Shown: piece after piece, positions 54,401 to 64,000 of the stretch
How positions within the stretch are numbered: the first letter of the stretch is position 1
Layout: every line of letters starts with the position of its first letter
Source of the DNA: Lingula anatina
Taxonomy: Eukaryota > Animalia > Brachiopoda
NCBI GenBank assembly: GCA_051362555.1
Contig: CM120645.1
Span: 17,236,001 to 17,300,000 of the forward strand
Direction: 5' to 3'
DNA: 64,000 nt
The notes under the pieces: model-generated
What the model was told of the DNA's origin: nothing
Seen by the model: the letters and a program-made list of their open reading frames with translations, nothing else
Databases searched by the model: none
Program-made: the position numbers and the translations under genes

Positions 54401-54990
54401 TTCAAAACATGGAGGTGGGTGTGTGTGCAGTGTTAATTTTTTTCTGGGAAGCAATAGGACGTTAGGTTGTGTATCTTTAAAAGAGACTCACTGGAGAATA
54501 CTGGAAAACTGGCAGTCACAGCAACAAAGCCTCAGAAAGATATTATATATTGTTTGCCTTTCATCCCTACATACATGTGCACAGTGAATGACATGTATTA
54601 CTAAAACACGACAGGAGAATTTGTATGAAATGAATTGACATTTATAATGAATTGTATTTCATATGTTATTATTAGTATGATACATTAACTTGTTCAAATG
54701 TCTTTAAACTTGATTTGGCTTGCCAAGAAAAAGACAAGTTTATATATATCTAGCCACCTTGGTCATATGGGCGCAATTGGAACGGAGACACCCAAGATTC
54801 TGAGTATGTAGTTACCCCGTGTTCATATAAATTTGTGTTTACATAAAAGAAAACAGTCAAGATTCACCTTAACGTACTACCTTATGCATGTGGTTAGCGA
54901 ATGTTGGGATTACATGCACATGTAGGGTTGTTTGTCGCCTGTGCCCAATGCTAGATTGCAATCGGAATGTGAAACAACTTGGGGGTCAGC

Positions 54991-55250
54991 TTATTCCAAG
55001 ATCGTCTTAAATTGTCTGAACATTTGGAGATCACTACAAATGTGCCCTACCGCAGTAGAATTGTCCTCTTCCATTCAGTAAACTCCTAGACCAGCCCCTA
55101 TACTCGCCTTGCCTGCGACAATTCAAGAAGATGCTGAACAGCCTGATGTTCTTGCTCATTTATCAACATCTGACTGATAGTCTTAATCTAAATGACATTG
55201 CAATCGAGTTTGTTATTGGGAATAAGAGAAAGTTATCATGTTTTATTTGA
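54991..55250 (+). pseudogene. Decayed hAT transposase C-terminal (dimerisation domain) fragment
   Basis: Frameshifted translation LFQDRLKL...TAVELSSS (A.AERSFS-like) followed by MLNSLMFLLIYQHLTDSLNLNDIAIEFVIGNKRK. This resembles the hAT C-terminal pattern RLN.LM.L.IH...TD.LDL..IA.EFV..N.RR. Confidence 0.55.
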
Positions 55251-57248
55251 TGAGGTAAGCTTTTCTTGATTTAAAGGTTTAATCTTCATAACTAAAGTAT
55301 TGGAAATCATTTGAATGTCGTTGGAAACCTAATTCAGATTATGTAGCTCTCAGAGCTTTTAATTTTAAAGGGAAATAAATTGAAGGGGAATATGTTTTTA
55401 ATTCTTTTTTTATACATATACCAGATTGTCACAGGTATAAAAAAATTCTTGCTATAGTAATACACGTATTTACTCCGCCGCTTATATCGGCTAACCGAGA
55501 CCCGAGTCAACCTATAGTGTAAGTCCAATTTTTTTTCCTGAATGATGAGCTACCACTTAAGATTTGCTTTCAACCCGCATGCCATTTTTTAAAAATACAT
55601 ACATAATCTAGATTTCAAAGCGCGGCTCGTATTCAGCTTTACTCTAAAGAAACAAAACAAACAAAACAAATTAATAAATATTCCAAGTTTGTGATTAAAT
55701 GCCAAACCACTACCGGCTTTTAAAGTAATCGGCGACCAAAAGCAACATATTTCAAGCCACGTGTAAGTACTTCTTTTTTACGCCGCAAAAGGTGGATGGA
55801 CGAACACCCACTTGTCAATGCAAATAAAACTTGTAAAGGCAGCAAGGTTTAAAGGGTAATGAAGGCCCCACCTTAAGGCCGACATTGAAAAAATGTGTAT
55901 TCCATTATAAAGAGGAAACAGGAAAACTGAAAAAAGATGAATGTTTAGCTCATGTTTACATGGGTATTTATAGCATTCTTAGAAATTTTATGAACAAGTT
56001 AATTGTCCAGGTACTCCTCAAGAACCATGTTTTTGATGTCGAAATGGGAGGTCGTATACACGTGTTACCTACGTTTTAGCTACTGGGCGAAATCGGCCTT
56101 ATTTTAAAAGGAAAAAATATAGAGATCAAATATACTGTTACCATGGTGAAGGCTTTGACGTCGGACATTTTAATAAGTTCAATTGATCCCCGCATTTTCT
56201 CATTAGTTCAGTATTAAATCACTTGTTCTGTGTTAATGCCATCTGCAATTATCGCAAACAGGTGTAAGGGTCTTGGCTCTTGTACACTCCAATGTAACCA
56301 GAGATTTGTGTGCTTGTGTGTTCAGTGCCTGCCTACGTTACTGAAATTCTAAGAAGTTCTTAATTGTGTCCATTTTCAAATATTAAATTTTGTTCAGTTT
56401 CTTATAATTTACTAAACCGTGTTTATTTTACTCATGCTTTGTTAGTGTAATTATTAAAGACTGAAGATTAAAGCCCCTCAATCTGCAGCATTCCACATCT
56501 TCCATGGTCTTTCGTTTATCTTCGCCAGTTGTACTCATTTTATCTACCCCCCGTTGTATAGTTTTGTACTTACCCTCTGCACGCTACGCCCGTCTAAGTT
56601 AACTTTAAGATATTCCCTTGATACTAAAACCTTAACTTACAATAGCAAAATAATACATGCTGAAAGCCAATCGGTTTTAAATATAGAAGCATGATGGAAT
56701 GGAATCGATTGAATTGGAGTAAGAATCTCTTCTGCCATTTCATTCCCACTTTGTGTGTAATATTTTTCGTAAAGAAAATAATAACGCACAATTCCACAAT
56801 TTGGCTGATTACCTATCAACGAAGAGAGAAAACTTTTCAGTAGGCATATAAATCATAACTTTAGTATATCATTTCATTTACTAAAACGTTTACTAAAAAG
56901 TGATATTTCTCAAATAAAGACAAAGTAGTTTTCAATTGTCATTAAAGTTTTTATACCATTTATTCAAACAATTTGTTTTCATTTTCAATGGAGAGAAAGC
57001 GTGCAGAACCCACTACTTTTAAATATAGTTTTTTGGAGTGCAATAAGTAGAGATCTCTCCTTAGGTAAATCTTGTAACAGTAGTGATTCTCTAGGCTTCA
57101 TTTATAGGCAAAAAACCTTAGGTTATAATCTGTTTGTATAATATAGTTTCATAAATGTATTATCTTGAAAGTACCTAATAAACATCTACATATATGATAT
57201 ATAGATATGTAACAGCCCAACCCGACGAGCTTACAAAGTCACCACTTA

Positions 57249-58454
57249 TATGCTCCCCTGGCAAATAAGTATCATCCCTATTGCATGGTACAATGTACCT
57301 ATAGATTTAATTTTACTATTGCATAACAACTAATTAAATGATCATCGAGTAAATTGGGGATGTGAGTAATAAAACATTGACCTGCCTAGCGTGACCATTG
57401 AAATACACCTACACCAATTATATTTTAATATGCGGCTCCTAAGTGAGAGGGTTACATTGTTTACCAAGCGGCTGACATACGAGGGAGTTTTGACCCTCTG
57501 ATTTGCCAGAAGGTACTTTGGTAGGGTTGTTCCATAAGAACCATTCATAGGGTTAGACAACATCATAACCAAACAGGCACATGGGCAATATTGCCTGGGT
57601 AAGGCCGACCGAAAGAAACCACACCAAGAGATAAATGTTTTAATGTGTTAAAACACGCCTTCCTCATAAATGTCTCATTAACACTGACTGTAACTTTTAA
57701 CAAGAATAGGACAAGCCGTTTTTCCGAGTTTATCGTCAGAAGACGTCTGCACAATCGCCGTTATTTTGGCATTTGGGTTGTTGTTAGGGGACCAGTGTTA
57801 ACCGCCAGGAACCGTCTACGTCAAGTCAGATGGTATACCAGGGCTCTGACATGGACACCTGCCTACAATTGGGCAATGATGCCGTTCTCATTTGAAAGCA
57901 GGTTCGGCGTTGTCAGAAGTGTTGGACGCTTAAGGCTTTGACAACGGTTGGTAACAAGTGTCTTCCCAAATTTTTCTGCCTCTGGTCGACAGGATATACT
58001 TCATGGTATGGGATGTATTGAATGCTGTGGTGTAGGCCAGCTAGTATTGGTCAGCGGGAACCTTCACGCAGAACAGTGCATTCAAGTACTGGAAATGAAC
58101 TTAAGGAAATCTGCCGACAATATCTTTGGTAATTATGACTACCCAGTTATGTTGCAGCATGATAATACTTCTTCACGTACAAAAATATTCGGAATGGATA
58201 AGTGAGGGATAAACCTGCAAAGAAAAATGATCTTATACCGTCTTTGCACCGTATGCAATCTACAGAAGTTTCTGCCTCCACGCACAGACGCGTCGGGTGC
58301 GTCCTCCAATCCAGAGGATCCTATGCAAAATATTAAAATGTGGCTTTGATTTTTACTATCGTTAGCTTATTCATTTTATGTCTAACAAGTACACTTTTGT
58401 GAAAAAATTAAAAGGTGTCAACTAGGGGCGGCAGTTTTTTGCTAGTGGAGTAAA
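57249..58454 (+). mobile_element. Decayed Tc1-family DNA transposon with transposase pseudogene
   Basis: Transposase relics GRPKETTPRDK, VRRRL, NWAMMPFSFESRF (W..V.FSDESRF-like), MVW/GCI..GVGQL and MLQHDN, interrupted by frameshifts and stops. Degenerate 30-bp TIRs TGCTCCCCTGGCAAATAAGTATCATCCCTA / TAGGGGCGGCAGTTTTTTGCTAGTGGAGTA. Confidence 0.85.
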
Positions 58455-61400
58455 CCTTTAGTTATACAACAGCTTTTTTTCTGTATATAATAAGTATAGA
58501 TATTTTCAAAAATGTAAAAAACCATATAACAGTAACGTTATGATGTGTTTTAGCTCTATGATGTAGTGCACGCGTATTTGTTTCGGCTTAATAATTCAAG
58601 AACTTTATAAAATTTTCTTGAGCTCCAGGGCATGGCTTTCTTCCTAAGTTCTCAGCTATATTCAGCTACTGTATAGATCACATTTTTGTAGAAAATGTTT
58701 TTCAAAACACTTGTGTGATGAGAGGAGATATACACTATTAACCCTGAACGACTAGTGTGATTAAGATCAATGCTTTAGTGATGAATTATTATTGGCTTAA
58801 TATAGACCTTAACGACCTCCTGAAAGAAATCTGGAAGGTCTTCGATCACTCTTTGTTGACAGGTGTCAGCAACTTATGCAAACGCTTCAACATTTCTCTG
58901 GTAGCATTTATAGAGACTGACGGAAATGGATTAATCGCAAAATATTGAAAATATTTTTCTCATTCTCTATGATTTTCGGTGAATAAACATGTTCGTTAAC
59001 CTTACTATAAGATTGGAACGCATTCGATTATTCCTAAAATTACCATTAGAAATAAAAGCACACACACATTTGGCAGAGGCAGCAAATGAAGCAGAGAAAA
59101 CATGCTGAAAATTCGCCAGATTTAAAAAAAAGAACAGTCGAAGAGGCTACGTGATCAATACCTGCTTGTCAGTGGAGGGATGTGGATGACATCACTCCGG
59201 CGCCATATGTAGCATAGACAAGAGGACAACCTTGAAGTTCTATGTTAGTGTGCTTCAATCACGGGGAATTGTTAGTGCAAAGCACGAACATCTCCCTGTA
59301 CATTTCTACTCTGTATAACACAGAGACTGGGTCTGTCGGAGAATCTAGTGTGTTAACAGTTCGTCAAGGGAGGCATCAGAATGCAAACTTTGCATTTAAC
59401 ACGCAGTTACGTTTATGTAAGGCTCAGTAATACGAGGTAAGCAATGACCTAGTCTTTAAAATATAAACCGTAATGAAATCTATTAAGTTAAAAGCCCTGT
59501 TTTATGTGCACGTTTGCGTGTTTTGCTTTGCCAGTCGTATTTCCAGGGAAAAAACTGTTAGATGAATTCCACTAATTGCGTTGTAATGAGACGAGAAATG
59601 AAAACAAAATCAGGGGGTTAACATGTAACAATTAGATATCGTGCACTGGGGTATTTCTTCTACGAATTATTGCGCAATTTTTGCTCCTACAGCGTGCATT
59701 AACAGTATATCCTCACGCACCCCATTTGTTTAAATGCGCGACTAGTGTCTGTACCATGTAATGCGTAAATTTACGAAAGTCGCTAGATAGAAGATTAGAA
59801 ATAGTAAAAAAAGGGAATATGTTCCTTTTTGAGAAAAAATATCAACAGTGCCGCTGTGTAAACATCGAGTGTATATAACTCATTGGTACTTGATAGTAAA
59901 GAGCATATGCATATGCAACATATGCAATGATGTGCATATGTTGATATATCATTCATTACATAAATCATACTAAATACACACTAAGAAACTGCAATTTAAA
60001 TAATGCACAAATGATAATGCCGGGCATGAAAAATCTGGTAACGGGAAAGACGGATGAAGTTAAGATGCTTAAGATGCAGTGTCTTTACAACGGCGTATTG
60101 TTGATGTGTACTGCTTAGTCCTACTGAAATGATCGTATGATTATCACTATTGACGCTCACCTTATGTGGCGAAATCTATATAAGTAATAATGACGTTGTT
60201 AGTTTCTGGCTTAAGGTCTACAGCACTGTGTTTGGACTAGGCTAACTGAAATGCAAAGACATTTCCTTTTTTTCATGGACGTTGACGATACAAACACAAA
60301 TAGTCAGCTTGTTCAAGTTTAGTTAAAAGTTGCATGATTGTATCTCTTAATTAGAAACAAACTGAATTTATTACGGCAATAATGTGAAAAAGAGTGACTA
60401 ACACGTTCCCTAATGTGCGCATTGCATGTGACCATTAAGTTGGTATTAGAAGACAAAATGTTGCTTGAAATGGTTCATGAGGTGCGAAACTCAACATTTA
60501 GAGAATTAAATACGACGTAATGACATAATGACAGTTGGCCATTTCGGAAAAAGAGGCCAGAAAACACCTCCCCACAAGTACCGTGTTACTTCTCAATGTG
60601 TTGTTAATATCTGTAATATCCACCTAAATTATACACAGAGCACTTACTATAAGTATTAATGTAACTCAAAACAATTTGGCCGAAACCTTACTTGGAAATG
60701 AACAACATATTGACTTTCCGGTCCGGCAGTGTATGAACAATGTATATTCTGAATTGCGGCAAATCAACCCTTGTTCTCATACATGTATATATAAACTGTG
60801 TGTGTGTGACAAAGTACTGACTTTTCAATATATGTACAATGTACATACAATCAAATCAGTGTCGCTGACAATTTTTTCTTGAAAGCTGTAGGGTAATAAA
60901 CGCTTGGATATGAACACAAGGGATATGCATATTACTTCCATAACCCAAAGTCAGGTCATGTTCTCAAGGTTTTGATTCGCATGTTTCTGTTAAAAAATTC
61001 CGTTTTATCACATACGCAGTCAATCTTTATTGATGTCGTAGAAACGAACGTCATATACCTCACAGACCATGAAATAGCAACCGCCTTGGTCCCTGTTGAG
61101 GCAATCTAATGTCTACATATCTTTCTATCTGATGGTTGTCAATTATGAATGATGAAGCTTTACTAGATGGTACTTGTTTCCTGACCTGGCAGTAACCCCC
61201 TGACTCTTGTAGGAGATGCAATCCTGCAGGAATGAAACTAATAAGGGAATCAGATGCGTAGGTAGATAGAAGATTTCCACACTGCGCTTTTCTATTTTAA
61301 TTGAAAAAAAGAAAAAGAAAAACAGTGTAGTATCAAATTCATAGCATGTTTATATGTTGATATATTCCATAAAGCTTACAGACTTTTGTTACTAAGACCA

Positions 61401-61979
61401 AATTTGAATTAATGCGCCTAGTGTTATAATAACATTGGACTAGTGGCAAGTACGTATATACAACAGGTGTAGGCTTTAAAATGACCACAGCTTTGTAATT
61501 ATCACGATAGTACGTCAATATTGGCAATTTGTTTTTGTTTGACCCCTAGGGAAATCTGAAATAATGGAGTGTTTTGTCTGTCCCCTATTAGAGATGTTTC
61601 ATCTGTTTCTCTAAATTCCAACTTCATCCGTCCTTTTGTCACGACACTATATATGACCACTTTTCTCTCAATTCAGGCGCTCTGTATTTCATTTCCCCAA
61701 GGAACATGGTACAGAGAAAATTTCTCATTCTTTTGAATTGGACTGTGTACTCTAATTCAATTTTTGATTTTTTTTCTGGCATTTGTGTTCCTACTTGCAT
61801 TGGAATTATGTTAGATTTTCAGTCTGATGTGATGACAATATTAAGGGTAAGGTTAATGAAGGATTTAGAATTGTCATGAGTTGGGTCGTGGGACGAGGGG
61901 TAATACAATGTATTATGTCGTGTTGATAATATGATGCACTTAACTGGCAATTCTTTCTCAATTGTAGTTATCTTCGCTA

Positions 61980-63391
61980 CACTGTAAAAACAGTGTTTAG
62001 CTCTGAGACACATTTCTAAGCGCCTGTTTTGTCTCATTTTTTCCACGCGTTTAGCACCTAAGCACGTTAAGCCTATTAACATGTTACACGCTTTGACGTG
62101 CTTGACGCCTAATAAATGTAGGGTGTGTTTGTTTAACTTTAAGGTTGTAACGTTTTCAACTGTTTCAGTCACTCTCTCTCCCACACACACACGCGCGCGC
62201 GCGAAGTCATGGTCACCTTTAACTGCTATAGTTATCTCTATCTATAACAGGGTACTGTGAACTGTCAACATAGTTGATTCACACCATCATCTTTACAGCG
62301 GAACTTATTCATCCTTGTGTTAGCTGACCTTGCGAGGAAGTTAATCGGAATATATTTCTGAAAAACAAGTTAGGAAAATTCACTAGTTTACTAAAGACAC
62401 GAAACAACTATCACTTTTACTTTAAAACATTTTTTTCATATTTTGATAAAATGCGTTAAGGTATTGATGTTCATTTATTTTTCCGGAAGTAATGAACAAT
62501 AGAACATCAGGATGATGGTGAGGTATTCATTATAATGGTTTATTTAAGCTTTCATCACATGCTGGTTATTTTGGTAACGATAGTCCGCATATTTTTCAAG
62601 TCGCACCGCTCTAGTCGCCGACTAACCCAAGCCCATTTTGGAATTAACCGCTAACTGTAGTTCATACAGTATAAGACGTGTTTTGGTGATTAATAAAAAA
62701 AGTTTTCAAAACATTAAATAATGTTTTTCCAGAATGTTATAAAACGCTTATAAAACTGCAAGGGCATCATTTTGCATGGCGTTAAAAACACCCATAATGT
62801 TACCATGACGTTATTCTATACCATCACTATCATGTAACCAGCTGATAAAGTCGTGAAAACGTTATTTGTTATTTGGATTATTACTTAATAGGCCTATTTT
62901 AAATAATCACACGTTACTGCAAGGAAGGACACAACGCGTTCGAGCAGGCTGCTTCTCGCCTCCAACAGCCCCATATGTTTACAAGGGGAAGTGTTAAGCA
63001 AAATTGTTGAGTCTTGTAATAAACTTGTTATGGGATCGTATATATGGGATTGTGAAGCATTTTTTCTGTGACGAGCTTGAAAAGCTAAACATGTTGTTTA
63101 GCAGCTCCACGCGTTAAGGAATTCCACACCTATAGCAGCTCCATATGTTTAGCAGCCTCACGGGAAGTGCTTAGCCAATGTGCTTAGCTTGTGATAGACT
63201 TGTTATAGAATCATATGCCGGTGAAGCTAAACACATAGCTAAACGTGTAACAATGCCAACGTGTCTAGCTTATTCTTCTGTGAAACGTTTGAAAAGCTAT
63301 ACGCGTTTAGCATTTACACAGATTTCTAAATGCGTATAGGTGCCTAACGTGTGTTGTATGTATTTAAATACTAAACACTGTTTTTACAGTG
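61980..63391. mobile_element. 1.4-kb non-autonomous DNA transposon with CACTG termini (CACTA/EnSpm-like)
   Basis: Perfect 21-bp TIR CACTGTAAAAACAGTGTTTAG / CTAAACACTGTTTTTACAGTG with TA on both flanks. Many subterminal repeats (ACGCGTTTAGCA, TTTAGCAGCTCCA, AAAAGCTAAAC). No transposase ORF. Confidence 0.85.
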
Positions 63392-64000
63392 TATATATCC
63401 GTTTTACATGTATCATATTACATTGTCATTTATGTAATTTCTCCAATTCAAATGAAAGACCAACGTTTTGTATTTTAACTAATGTTTAAAAAGTCATGTC
63501 AGTAATTACCTCAATGCCTTTACATATAAAAAGGGTACTATGTTGGGACTTTTGGGAATAGAGTGCTGTCTGACGTCACTGGTGCATCTCGGCTCACTTC
63601 CGGATAACGTTTTTACCTGTCTTTTAATGGACAGAATAATACACAAATGAATTTTCGCCCTAAAAGCAGGAAAAGGTTAGGTTTCAAAGGAAAACGACCA
63701 AAAATTGAAAATGCCCAACGACTTAATACCAACCTGATATTTAATAACATTTTTACTATTTATTATATAGTATATCTAGAACCCTGCGCTATTTACGTGT
63801 AAGTGCGCTTTCTTTGTATCACGCTATAAGTAATAAAATCTGTTACTGGCTATGTATCTAGTCTTTTGATTCGCTCGCTTGTCGCAGCAACATCGCACAT
63901 ATCGCTAACAGGACTTCAATATATTATTCGACAGAGCGATTGACAATTGACCTGGATGAAGTGATTCACAAAAACAATTTTGCAACAGTATATTGCAAAT

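Noticed and set aside
55100-55260. Strong donor GAG|GTAAGC as the next exon of gene 3
   Set aside because: The upstream sequence has stops and is better explained as a hAT transposase relic.
55873-56101. TAAGGCCGA...TCGGCCTTA inverted pair as a MITE
   Set aside because: Only a 9-bp match, no clean TSD and no second copy in the window.

Overview
AT-rich, intron-containing animal genomic DNA, not prokaryotic. The repeat types and CpG pattern suggest an invertebrate, possibly a mollusc or other lophotrochozoan (inference). Three genes can be built by hand. (1) A complete 7-coding-exon REXO4 (RNA exonuclease 4, DEDDh) gene on the minus strand, 272-3461, 447 aa. (2) Head-to-head with it across a compact CpG-rich promoter near 4.2 kb, an unrecognised 5-coding-exon plus-strand gene, 6827-11126, 177 aa. 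It has a chain of overlapping uORFs, a minisatellite built from its own exon 3 plus splice donor, and a hairpin MITE in its putative 3'UTR. (3) Two large, phase-compatible exons (15340-16141 and 50154-51414) of a long, low-complexity protein that continues beyond what can be identified here. The rest is intronic or intergenic DNA with many non-autonomous DNA transposons (MITEs with identifiable TIRs and TSDs), decayed Tc1, hAT and Penelope-like relics, minisatellites and microsatellites. CpG content changes sharply near 12.7 kb. I found no CRISPR array, rRNA, tRNA or convincing novel multi-gene system. The most unusual local feature is the exon-plus-donor tandem array in gene 2.
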